From Dehalococcoidia bacterium (lineage in GTDB: Bacteria > Chloroflexota > Dehalococcoidia > Lucifugimonadales > Australimonadaceae): a stretch of DNA of 64,000 nt. Shown piece by piece: positions 52,004 through 60,023 of the stretch (positions are counted from its first letter, which is position 1; every line of letters starts with the position of its first letter). The stretch covers positions 763 to 64,762 of the forward strand of contig CAUZHS010000003.1 of NCBI GenBank assembly GCA_963579845.1, read 5' to 3'. The notes under the pieces were generated by a model that searched no databases, was not told where the DNA came from, and saw only the letters and a program-made list of their open reading frames with translations. Position numbers and translations under genes: made by a program.

Positions 52004-53404
52004 GTGCCGGAGGCGATTGCCGACCCCTTCGGCGAGCTGCTGAAGCGCTTGGGAGAAGCTCACGAAACGCGATATCTTGAAACCCTTGGCGCGTATGTGA
52101 ATCTCTCGGGCGTCCCGGACAGTTACGCCGACTTTCAGGAGCGTCGTAACGCAACACAGAGCGCTGTCCGCACGGGGGAGGACATTCTTTACCAACCGGT
52201 CATGTTCGGTTGGCGGGACGTGGATGGTGAGCAGGATTTCATCATGGGCATTCCTGACCTTCTGGTGCGCGAAGGCGATGGCTACCTTGTGCGCGATTGC
52301 AAGCTTGCCCGTCATGTGAGCGATAGGACGCACCCTGAAATCGCCCGGCAGCTGGAGTTGTACGGATGGCTTCTCGAGCAGGAGTACGGGGAAGAACCTC
52401 TCAGGTTGGAGGTACTGCTGGGCGATGGTGAAATCTTGGAGCTTCCCTACGATGGTGGGCGGAAGGCGTTGGCTGAACTCGACCGTATCAAGGCTTTATC
52501 CCGAATCTCCGAAGCCCCTTATGAGCCGGTGGGCTGGAGCAAGTGCGCCGGCTGTCCATTCAAGCTGTCATGTTGGGACAGGGCCGACCAGCGCCAGGAT
52601 GTGGCGGTGCTCTTCGGTGTGGACCAGAAGGTGGCCCGCCAACTTCACGCCGATGGCAACGGCTCGTACGCGGACATGCTCCAAGGCTCCAATATCGAAG
52701 GTTTGATGCAGTTGAATGGTGTGGGCGAGACGAAGGCGCGCAAAATTTTGCGGCATGCCGAGGCTAGGTACACTGGAAAGGTACTCCAGATTGGACGCTT
52801 TCCCCACCTCTTGGATCGTCCCTACGTCATGTTTGATATCGAAGGTGTTCCTGAGCAACCGGAGGAGTGGGAGAAGGCTTACCTATGGGGCTTGCAGGTG
52901 TTCGGCGGGTCCCAGGAGGGGTGGTACCGAGGGGCGGTAGCCCCCTTCCGGGATGATGGCGACTGGAGGTGCTGGGAGGGCTTTCTGGATGAAGCCCGTG
53001 ACATCTTCGAGGAGCATGGCGATATCCCCTTCGTTCACTACGCTTCCTACGAGAAACGGATGATCAACCGGTACGTGGAGCGCTACGGTGACCCCGCCGG
53101 CGTGGCCGGCCGGGTGCTGGATAACCTGTTGGACCTCTACACCCTGGTGCCGAAGACGGTGATCCTGCCCGACCCCAGCTATTCGCTCAAGCTAGTAGAA
53201 AAGCGTGCAGGTTACCAGCGCAGCCAAGCAGAATATGGCGGGGAGTGGTCCATTGCCAAATACATTGCGGCGGTGGAAACGGGTGACGCCACGGCGTATG
53301 AGGAGGCCATCGGCGAGGTGCTCATCTATAACCGAGAGGACTTGGAAGCTACCTGGGCCGTGTTCCAGTGGATGGCGCGGGACTTCTCCCAGCCGCTCGG
53401 CTGA
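52004..53404 (+). CDS. RecB-like nuclease (PD-(D/E)xK with Cys cluster) fused to an RNase H-like 3'-5' exonuclease fold; TM0106-type architecture
   Basis: GIPDLLVREGDGYLVRDCKLAR (D...D-x-K); CAGCPFKLSC; helix-hairpin-helix LNGVGETKARKIL; MFDIEGVP...FVHYASYEKRMI...SYSLKLVE. Coordinates use the first canonical start, GTG 52004. The homologous frame stays open back to 51905 (see findings). Confidence 0.75.
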   Translation: MPEAIADPFGELLKRLGEAHETRYLETLGAYVNLSGVPDSYADFQERRNATQSAVRTGEDILYQPVMFGWRDVDGEQDFIMGIPDLLVREGDGYLVRDCKLARHVSDRTHPEIARQLELYGWLLEQEYGEEPLRLEVLLGDGEILELPYDGGRKALAELDRIKALSRISEAPYEPVGWSKCAGCPFKLSCWDRADQRQDVAVLFGVDQKVARQLHADGNGSYADMLQGSNIEGLMQLNGVGETKARKILRHAEARYTGKVLQIGRFPHLLDRPYVMFDIEGVPEQPEEWEKAYLWGLQVFGGSQEGWYRGAVAPFRDDGDWRCWEGFLDEARDIFEEHGDIPFVHYASYEKRMINRYVERYGDPAGVAGRVLDNLLDLYTLVPKTVILPDPSYSLKLVEKRAGYQRSQAEYGGEWSIAKYIAAVETGDATAYEEAIGEVLIYNREDLEATWAVFQWMARDFSQPLG

Positions 53405-53417
53405 TTGACGGCCAGCA

Positions 53418-54788
53418 CTAGTCCTTTATGGCCGCGGTGCCCTCGAAGGTTGCGGTGCCCTCGAAGGTTGCGGTGATGGGGTCGATGCTGATATCCGCCC
53501 AGCTTTCGGCGTTCATCATCTCCTGCCAGCGGGCGTACATTGAACGCTGATTTATTTCGGCGCAGAATTTCTCCACAGACCTGCCCGGCAGCTTGGGGTT
53601 CTCCCACTCATGGTTGATGCCCATGGAAAGCTCTTGGAGATACTTGCGGGCCTGGAAGCTGCGTCCAGCGTCGCTGGCGTTTCGCCAGTTATCCATATCG
53701 TCCTGCTCGAAGGTGCCGCTGGGTCCAAAGGTGTGCATGCAGTCCCGGCGGTACATTCGTTTCATCTCTTCGGGCGCGTCCTTGTCGATAACGGTGAATG
53801 ACCAGACCTCGGTCTTGAGCGGTCCCCGGGGGAGCCAGAGCCGGACGGTGTTGTTAGAAAGCCAAGAGAAGTTGGGAAACAGCGTGTTGTGGCTGGGGAG
53901 CATCCTGATGGTGCGGAAGTGGCCCAGCCGCCGTTCCATCTCGTCACGAATGGTCTTTTCATATAGGGTTACTTCCGGGTCTCCGAAGGAGTCCTTGAGT
54001 GCATAGTAGGCCTCGTCGGACTCAAACCCGACAGCGCTGCAGCCGTGGCCGTTGCCGGGGCTCACCTGGCTGGAGCCGGGCACGTCGTAGATCAGGGCCG
54101 GAGCGGGTTGGGACCTGAATTTGGCCAGCGCAACCGACGCCGACCGGTGGCTCAGGGGCGCGTGGTACATATCGCCCACAAAGTTGTCGGCGGGGTTTTT
54201 CCAGTTGCACGGTATGATCCATTTGTCAGGGCCAATCATTTCGTTGCCGTTGTCGCGTCGGTTGAAGAGCACGTCCATGTAGTAGCGCATATCGCCCAGG
54301 TATGCTTCGAGTGTTGGTGCGTCCTCCGCCCACGTGGCAAATACCAAACCGGCGTAGCTCTCCAAGTGCGCCACCGGCACCAGGCCGAGCGAATCCACGT
54401 CTAGTTCGCCGTAGTAGGCCTCTTGCAGACCGGGAACGGAAACGAGTTTCCCTTCATTAGAATAGGTCCAGCCGTGGTAGGAACACATGAAGTTCTTGGC
54501 GTTGCCATCGTCGGCCCGCACGATGCGGTTGCCCCGGTGACGGCACATGTTCAAGAAAGCGTGAACCTCGCCCTTGGCGTCGCGGGTGAGGATGACCGGG
54601 TCCTCGCCCATGTAGGTGAGAAAGAAGTCGTTGGGGTTGGGGATGAGCGATTCGTGGCCGATGAAAAGCCAGGCGCGACCAAAGACCTTCTCCAACTCTT
54701 CCTGGTAGATATCAGCGTCACTGAAGATACGTCGGTCCAGCTGCCCCTTCTCCAAGTCAATGACCTGGTATTTCGCCTTGGTTGCCAT
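53418..54788 (-). CDS. Rieske [2Fe-2S] aromatic-ring-hydroxylating oxygenase, alpha subunit
   Basis: Rieske motif CRHRGNRIV-x17-CSYHGWTY and mononuclear iron motif GDMYHAPLSH (DxxHxxxxH). Confidence 0.9.
   Translation of the reverse strand: MATKAKYQVIDLEKGQLDRRIFSDADIYQEELEKVFGRAWLFIGHESLIPNPNDFFLTYMGEDPVILTRDAKGEVHAFLNMCRHRGNRIVRADDGNAKNFMCSYHGWTYSNEGKLVSVPGLQEAYYGELDVDSLGLVPVAHLESYAGLVFATWAEDAPTLEAYLGDMRYYMDVLFNRRDNGNEMIGPDKWIIPCNWKNPADNFVGDMYHAPLSHRSASVALAKFRSQPAPALIYDVPGSSQVSPGNGHGCSAVGFESDEAYYALKDSFGDPEVTLYEKTIRDEMERRLGHFRTIRMLPSHNTLFPNFSWLSNNTVRLWLPRGPLKTEVWSFTVIDKDAPEEMKRMYRRDCMHTFGPSGTFEQDDMDNWRNASDAGRSFQARKYLQELSMGINHEWENPKLPGRSVEKFCAEINQRSMYARWQEMMNAESWADISIDPITATFEGTATFEGTAAIKD
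53434..53475. repeat. 18-bp in-frame tandem repeat (2.3 copies) at the 3' end of the Rieske oxygenase gene
   Basis: gcggtgccctcgaaggtt occurs twice and is followed by gcggtg. It encodes ...TATFEGTATFEGTAAIKD. Confidence 0.9.
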
Positions 54789-54845
54789 GCCTGGAACCTC
54801 CTGCGTAACAAAAGTCTTTCCGGTATCGTACTGTTCAACCTGTCC

Positions 54846-55721
54846 TTAGGCGTTCAGCGCCTCTTTGAAGCGTTGGATGGCCTCGATGTGATCGTCTGCC
54901 GTTTTGAATCCGTGTCCCATGGTGTTCACACTTACGTGGGTGACGGCCATCTCGTTCCATGTTGAATAATCGCGCAGGGCCTGTTCCAACTCCTCGCCGT
55001 TGCTTCCCACTTTTACCCGGGTCTCGATACCTAGATCCGTGGGGTCCCTACCCGCCTCCCGGGCGAATTGACGGAATTGTTCCAGGGCCGCTCTACCCGT
55101 GTCGTCAGGCCGGACCTGAGGGAACCATCCGTCGCCGAGCCGGGCGATGCGCTTGACCACCGCTTCGGTTTTGCCGCCTCCGAACCAGATGGGGATGGGT
55201 CGCTGCACCGGCATGGGGTTGATGCCCGCCTCGGTGATGTGGTGCCACTTTCCGTGGAAGGTGACCACCTCGTCGGTCCAGAGCGCTCGGAGCACTTCAA
55301 GCTGCTCTTCAATCCGCACACCGCGGTTGTGAAAGTCCTCGCCCAAGGCCTCGTACTCCACCGGGTTCCAGCCCACGGCCACGCCTAGGCGGAGCCGCCC
55401 GCCGCTTAGGCGGTCTACCTCGGCGGCCTGCTTGGCAACCAATGCCGTCTGTCTCTGGGGCAAAATCAGGATGCCGGTGACCAGCTCTATGCTCGTGGTT
55501 ACAGCGGCCAGGTAACCGAAGAGGACGAAAGGTTCGTGAAAGAGGTGCTGGTGGGTGTAGGGCCCTGCCCAGTCGGGCCGGTTTGCGGGGTCGGCGCCGA
55601 CCACGTGGTCATAGACGACGAGGTGGTCATAGCCGAGACCCTCGGCGGCTTGGGCAAAAGCCAAGACCGCACCGGGGTCCTGGCCAATCTCGGTCTGGGG
55701 GAAGACAACGCCTGTTTTCAT
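54846..55721 (-). CDS. Luciferase-like monooxygenase (LLM) family oxidoreductase, probably the F420-dependent class
   Basis: MKTGVVFPQTEIGQDPGAVLAFAQAAEGLGYDHLVVYDHVVGADP...LSGGRLRLGVAVGWNPVEYEALG... Confidence 0.8.
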   Translation of the reverse strand: MKTGVVFPQTEIGQDPGAVLAFAQAAEGLGYDHLVVYDHVVGADPANRPDWAGPYTHQHLFHEPFVLFGYLAAVTTSIELVTGILILPQRQTALVAKQAAEVDRLSGGRLRLGVAVGWNPVEYEALGEDFHNRGVRIEEQLEVLRALWTDEVVTFHGKWHHITEAGINPMPVQRPIPIWFGGGKTEAVVKRIARLGDGWFPQVRPDDTGRAALEQFRQFAREAGRDPTDLGIETRVKVGSNGEELEQALRDYSTWNEMAVTHVSVNTMGHGFKTADDHIEAIQRFKEALNA

Positions 55722-55747
55722 ACGGGCCTCCCATTGGAATAGGATGC

Positions 55748-55776
55748 AGTATCGTGAGGGTACGCAGTCGTGTCAA
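55748..55776 (-). promoter_or_regulatory. Sigma70-type promoter TTGACA-17 nt-GATACT for the LLM-Rieske gene pair
   Basis: On the minus strand: TTGACA (55776-55771), a 17-nt spacer, GATACT (55753-55748), and GGGAGG before ATG 55721. Confidence 0.45.
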
Positions 55777-55881
55777 CCATGGTGACGGCGCCAGCGGCTT
55801 GGCGGAGTTGAGCCCGTGAGAGTGAGGATCGATAAATAATCCACGGCCAGAGCCGGGTCTTGACGCTTCATGACTGGAACG

Positions 55882-55911
55882 AAGAGACCTCCCTCATACG
55901 GGAGGTCTCTT
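55882..55911 (-). terminator. Perfect 12-bp hairpin directly after rluD (putative terminator, weak U-tail)
   Basis: aagagacctccc-tcatac-gggaggtctctt. It overlaps the rluD stop by 1 nt, and the downstream tail on the minus strand is CGTTCC. Confidence 0.4.
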
Positions 55912-56849
55912 TATGGGGAGATGGTGAGCATCTCTAGAACGGATTGAAGGTCTGCGGGCAGTGGTGTCTCGAATTCCCGCCACTCCTGTTCCTCGGGAGG
56001 CATGAAGAAACCCAACTGGGCCGCGTGAAGGAAATGGCGTTTCACCAGCACCGAAGCCTTGCCGTAAACGCCGTCGCCCACCAATGGATGGCCCAGGTGG
56101 GCGAGGTGGACGCGTATCTGGTGGGTGCGGCCGGTCACCGGTCTGGCCTCCATCAAAGTGTGAGAGGGGTAACGCTCTGCCACCCGGTAAAGGGTGAGCG
56201 CGTCGCGGCCTCCGGTTGTCACCACGGCCATCTTCTTGCGGTGTCGTGGGCTGCGGCCAATGGGTGCGTCAATTGCGCCCTCGTCGTGGCGCATGGCACC
56301 CGTTACTAGGGCTAAGTAGGTCTTGCTCACCCGGCGTTTCTTGAGCTGGCGAGTGAGGCTTCTGTAGGCTGCGTCAGTCTTGGCCACCACCATCAAACCC
56401 GAAGTGTCCTTGTCCAGCCGGTGGACGATACCGGGGCGCTGGGTGCCACCAATGCCCGAGAGGTCCTTTACCTTGGCCAGTAAGGCGTTTACCAGGGTCC
56501 CATCCGGATGGCCCGGTGCGGGGTGGACCGTGAGCCCGGCGGGTTTGTCCACCACCAGGATATGGGAGTTTTCGTACACCACATCGATGGGGATATCCTC
56601 AGGCGCTGGTGTCGATGATGTCGGCTGAGGGAGGGTTAATTCCACCGAGTCACCGGCGCGTAGGGTGGTGGAGGGCTTGGCGGGGTTGCCGTTGAGTAGC
56701 ACCCACCCCTCGCGGATGAGAGTGGCGCACCGGGAGCGGCTCAAATCGGGCCGCTGGGCCTGAACCGACCTATCCAGCCGGATGCCGGCTTCTTCCACCA
56801 CGTAACGGTGGTGGGCCTGATTAGGGGTTGCGCTGCGCATGTTCGCCAT
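55911..56849 (-). CDS. rluD: 23S rRNA pseudouridine synthase, RluA/RluD family
   Basis: S4 domain followed by HRLDKDTSGLMVVAKT...HQIRVHLAHLGHPLVGD. Confidence 0.9.
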   Translation of the reverse strand: MANMRSATPNQAHHRYVVEEAGIRLDRSVQAQRPDLSRSRCATLIREGWVLLNGNPAKPSTTLRAGDSVELTLPQPTSSTPAPEDIPIDVVYENSHILVVDKPAGLTVHPAPGHPDGTLVNALLAKVKDLSGIGGTQRPGIVHRLDKDTSGLMVVAKTDAAYRSLTRQLKKRRVSKTYLALVTGAMRHDEGAIDAPIGRSPRHRKKMAVVTTGGRDALTLYRVAERYPSHTLMEARPVTGRTHQIRVHLAHLGHPLVGDGVYGKASVLVKRHFLHAAQLGFFMPPEEQEWREFETPLPADLQSVLEMLTISP

Positions 56850-57384
56850 GGGCGTCGAGAACGCCGGCTGATGGAGGCTCGGCGCTCTGTTCCTCTTTAA
56901 TCGTTACGGTAGGCTCCTCGCCGTTTCCCCTGGCTAGGATGACGAAGGCTAGGAGCGCTATGCCTATCAGAATGGAGGAATCGGCAACGTTGAAGATGGG
57001 CCAGGGACCGATGTCAATGAAGTCGGTGACGTGGCCTTCGGTTAGGCGGTCGGTTAGGTTGCCCAGCGCTCCCGCAAGCTGCATGCCCAGGCTGGCCCGG
57101 AGGAGGAGCCCGGAATTATGCTGACTGCGGTAGACCAGCGCGAGCACACCAATGCCTAAAAAGGTGCCGAGGATTAGCAGGTCGTTTTGGCCTCTGAACA
57201 GTCCGAAGGCGCTGCCGGTGTTGAATATATAGGTGATGCTTATGAAGCTCTCGGCGGGCCAGGATTCGCCCAGGCGCAGGTTATGGGAAACGAGGTACTT
57301 CGTGACTTGATCGAGGGTGTAGAGCGACGTTAGGAGGGTGAGGGCAAGCCAGTGTCGGTGGGCAAGTCGCGCGATGCGTTCCAT
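56821..57384 (-). CDS. lspA: Lipoprotein signal peptidase (signal peptidase II)
   Basis: ...NTGSAFG...GALGNLTDRL..VTDFIDIGPWPIFNVADSSILIG; conserved lspA-rluD pair. Confidence 0.9.
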   Translation of the reverse strand: MERIARLAHRHWLALTLLTSLYTLDQVTKYLVSHNLRLGESWPAESFISITYIFNTGSAFGLFRGQNDLLILGTFLGIGVLALVYRSQHNSGLLLRASLGMQLAGALGNLTDRLTEGHVTDFIDIGPWPIFNVADSSILIGIALLAFVILARGNGEEPTVTIKEEQSAEPPSAGVLDAHGEHAQRNP

Positions 57385-57390
57385 ATGCTC

Positions 57391-57399
57391 AGTCTAACA
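57391..57399 (-). promoter_or_regulatory. Extended -10 element TGtTAGACT ending 6 nt before the lspA ATG (leaderless)
   Basis: On the minus strand: TGTTAGACT (57399-57391), gagcat, ATG (57384-57382). Confidence 0.4.
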
Positions 57400-57415
57400 G
57401 GCCGCCGCCTCCGGC

Positions 57416-57424
57416 TGGTAGAAT
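57416..57424 (+). promoter_or_regulatory. Extended -10 element TGgTAGAAT, candidate promoter for ltaE (leader of about 215 nt)
   Basis: TGGTAGAAT at 57416-57424. It is identical to the element upstream of hppA. Confidence 0.35.
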
Positions 57425-57646
57425 TGGAAGGGTATACTGTGCACGACCAGGGCACGGCCCTGTGGGCCCTAAAGTTTGGATTTCCCGATGACCCTGGTTT
57501 GTTCGAAGAGTTGAAAGGCGGCTGAATACGCTTCCCTGTTATTCGGAGTTCCGTCCGCATCGGGACGAAGAGTCTCTCGGGCTGGACTTCGGCCCATTGT
57601 TCGATAAGCACCCTCTGGGCGGGAATCGTCCACCGAAGAGGTTCTA

Positions 57647-58690
57647 GTGGCCGTCATCGACCTGAGAAGCGATACCGTTACCCAGCCAACTCCCGCTATG
57701 CGCCAGGCCATGGCCGAGGCGGAGCTGGGAGATGATGTCTACGGCGAGGACCCCACGGTCAATCGCCTGGAGGAGGAGGCCGCCCGCATCATGGGCAAGG
57801 AGGCCGCTCTGCTAGTGGTGAGTGGCTCCATGGGCAATTTGGTCTCGGCCCTGGCCTGGTGTAACCGAGGTGACGAGGCCATCGTAGGCGAGGACGCCCA
57901 TATACTCATCAACGAGTTGGGTAGCGTGACCGCCTTGGGCGGCGTGCAGATGCGCTCGGTGCCCACTGACCGCCGCGGCATGCTGGAGGCAGGGGGCGTC
58001 CAAGCCACCATCCGTCCTGCCAGTGGCTTCTTCCCGCGAACAGCGTTGGTCTGCCTGGAGAATACCCACAATCGTGGCAACGGCGCTGCCTTTTCCGTCG
58101 GCGAGATGCGTGTAGTGGCCGATCTTGCCCACCGGCGAGACATACCCGTTCATATCGACGGTGCGCGGTTGTTCAACGCGTCCGTGGCCCTGGGAGTCCC
58201 GCCCGCCGAGCTTGCGGGCGTGGCCGATTCGCTCTCCTTCTGCCTGTCCAAGGGTCTCTCCTGTCCGGTGGGCTCCGTCGTCTGCGGCAGCGCTGCGTTC
58301 ATCGCCAGGGCCCGCCGTGTTCGGAAGCTCCTGGGCGGCGGCATGCGCCAGGCAGGGGTCATTGCGGCTGCGGGAGTGGTGGCCCTGGAGAGCATGGTGG
58401 AACGGCTTGCCGAAGACCATGCCAATGCCCAAAGGCTCGCCCAGGGACTCGCCCGCCTTCCGGGATTCGATGTGGACCCTGCGCATATCGAGACCAACAT
58501 CGTCTATGCAAACGTTACCGGTGCTGCGCCCGCTGGATTGGTGAGCGCGCTCCGGGAACGGGGTGTACTGGCCAACGGCATGGACAATTGGGTGCGGTTC
58601 GTAACCCACTACGGCATCAACGCCGAAGACGTGGACGAGGCCCTGGACGGTATCGAAGCGACCATGAAGGCGGTGCGCACGAAGGTGTAG
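57647..58690 (+). CDS. ltaE: Low-specificity L-threonine aldolase (PLP-dependent)
   Basis: IDLRSDTVTQPTPAMRQAMAEAELGDDVYGEDPTVNRLEEE...SFCLSKGLSCPVGS (PLP lysine). Confidence 0.85.
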   Translation: MAVIDLRSDTVTQPTPAMRQAMAEAELGDDVYGEDPTVNRLEEEAARIMGKEAALLVVSGSMGNLVSALAWCNRGDEAIVGEDAHILINELGSVTALGGVQMRSVPTDRRGMLEAGGVQATIRPASGFFPRTALVCLENTHNRGNGAAFSVGEMRVVADLAHRRDIPVHIDGARLFNASVALGVPPAELAGVADSLSFCLSKGLSCPVGSVVCGSAAFIARARRVRKLLGGGMRQAGVIAAAGVVALESMVERLAEDHANAQRLAQGLARLPGFDVDPAHIETNIVYANVTGAAPAGLVSALRERGVLANGMDNWVRFVTHYGINAEDVDEALDGIEATMKAVRTKV

Positions 58691-59172
58691 AGAGGGTGAA
58701 AACGGAAAGCGGAGCGACCTTTACAGCCTCTTCGGAGACCTTTGGTCCGATATCGCGGGGCTCACCATCGGTCCCGTTGCATATTTCGGTTCTTCGAACC
58801 GAAAAAAAGGGGGGCCTCTAGCCCTCAATCAAGCGAGACTCCCGGCTTCCCCATGTTGCCCCCACCGGGACGTTTCCTTCACACCTCTGTGGGCGCTGGA
58901 TGAGAAAAATGCCACCGTTGATTCAGGACCGAGAGTGCTATGTTTTGCATCCAGCGCCTCCTCAGCCGGAGTGCGGGCTTGGATCGACCCCTGAAATGTT
59001 CGCTCAGAGAGACTGCCCTTTTAGGGCATCACTGTATACGCCAAAAGCCTCTGTCAGCAATGAAAAGCGAGTCTGCTTAGGGGGTAGAGCCCAAATTACA
59101 GTATTCCAGAAAAATGGTTGTCTGGGTTGCTGTACTTATTTGCATAAGCGGCTATTCGTGCCTTCTATAGGA

Positions 59173-59202
59173 TTGACAGCCCCACGACGCTCTCGTTATG
59201 CT
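59173..59202 (+). promoter_or_regulatory. Sigma70-type promoter TTGACA-18 nt-TATGCT upstream of the fmdB-like gene
   Basis: TTGACA at 59173-59178; TATGCT at 59197-59202; about 45-nt leader to ATG 59255. Confidence 0.45.
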
Positions 59203-59254
59203 GAATACTCGCAGTCGGGCATATGAAGTGCTAACAAGTTTGGATTGAAGCTCC

Positions 59255-59536
59255 ATGCCTATCTACAGCTATCGTTGCGATGCTTGCGCTCACGAGTTTG
59301 AGTTGCGCCAGGGATTTGACGCGAGCACTCGCCAGGAATGCCCTCAGTGCAGCAACAGCGCCTCGCGGATGTTTCATCCCGTGGGCGTGATTTACAAGGG
59401 CTCGGGTTTTTACACTACCGACTATCGCAAGAAGGAGTCGGGATTATCTAGCAGCAGCAACTCTTCCACGACGAGTGCCGAACCGCCTTCTGCGTCTTCT
59501 TCCTCCCCTGCCTCTTCTTCTGGTTCCTTCGAATAG
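59255..59536 (+). CDS. FmdB-family zinc-ribbon protein (CxxC_CxxC_SSSS type)
   Basis: MPIYSYRCDACAHEFELRQGFDASTRQECPQCSN...GSGFYTTDY, plus a Ser-rich tail. Confidence 0.85.
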   Translation: MPIYSYRCDACAHEFELRQGFDASTRQECPQCSNSASRMFHPVGVIYKGSGFYTTDYRKKESGLSSSSNSSTTSAEPPSASSSSPASSSGSFE

Positions 59537-59546
59537 GCTCCGCCCT

Positions 59547-60008
59547 GTGCGCGCTCTGTTCCAACGGGTTAGCGAGGGCTCTGTATCGGTGGCTGGCCGA
59601 GAGGTGGCCCGTATAGGCCGAGGCCTGGCGGTGTTCCTAGCCGTGGGACGGGATGACGAGCCGGAGGATGCGGCGTACATCGTCGAGAAGGTGACGAACC
59701 TGCGGATCTTTCCCGACGCGGAAGGACAGTTCGACCAATCGGCTCTGGATGTGGACGCGGACCTCCTCCTGATGAGCCAGTTCACCCTCTACGCCAATAC
59801 GCGTAAGGGCCGCCGTCCGAGCTTCACCGATGCCGCGTCGCCTGAGCAGGCTAGAGGAGTGTTCGACAGCCTTGTTCAGCGGTTCCAAGCCACGGGCCTG
59901 GAGACCGCTATCGGAGTATTTCAAGAGACGATGCAGGTGGCTTTGGTGAATGATGGTCCCGTGAGCATCTGGATCGATAGCGCCGAACGGCACCGGCCGC
60001 GTCGCTAG
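59547..60008 (+). CDS. dtd: D-aminoacyl-tRNA deacylase
   Basis: (V)RALFQRV...GRGLAVFLAVG..., SQFTLYA, NDGPVSIWIDS. Start at GTG 59547 by N-terminal homology. Confidence 0.9.
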   Translation: MRALFQRVSEGSVSVAGREVARIGRGLAVFLAVGRDDEPEDAAYIVEKVTNLRIFPDAEGQFDQSALDVDADLLLMSQFTLYANTRKGRRPSFTDAASPEQARGVFDSLVQRFQATGLETAIGVFQETMQVALVNDGPVSIWIDSAERHRPRR

Positions 60009-60023
60009 CGGACCGAGTACGAT

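Noticed and set aside
57425-57646. Glycine riboswitch in the long ltaE leader
   Set aside because: CTCTGGGCGGG...CACCGAAGAGG resembles the CUCUGGAGAG...CACCGAAGGGGCAA core. However, the 3' CUCAGGCAAAAGGAC part is absent and the motif runs into the GTG start, so the resemblance is probably chance. Several small hairpins exist, but none matches a class I recognise.
58900-59226. 108-aa ORF in the ltaE/fmdB intergenic region
   Set aside because: Its composition is rich in Cys, Arg and Pro, it has no Shine-Dalgarno or leaderless-type start context, and it overlaps the strong TTGACA-18 nt-TATGCT promoter of the next gene. It is treated as non-coding.
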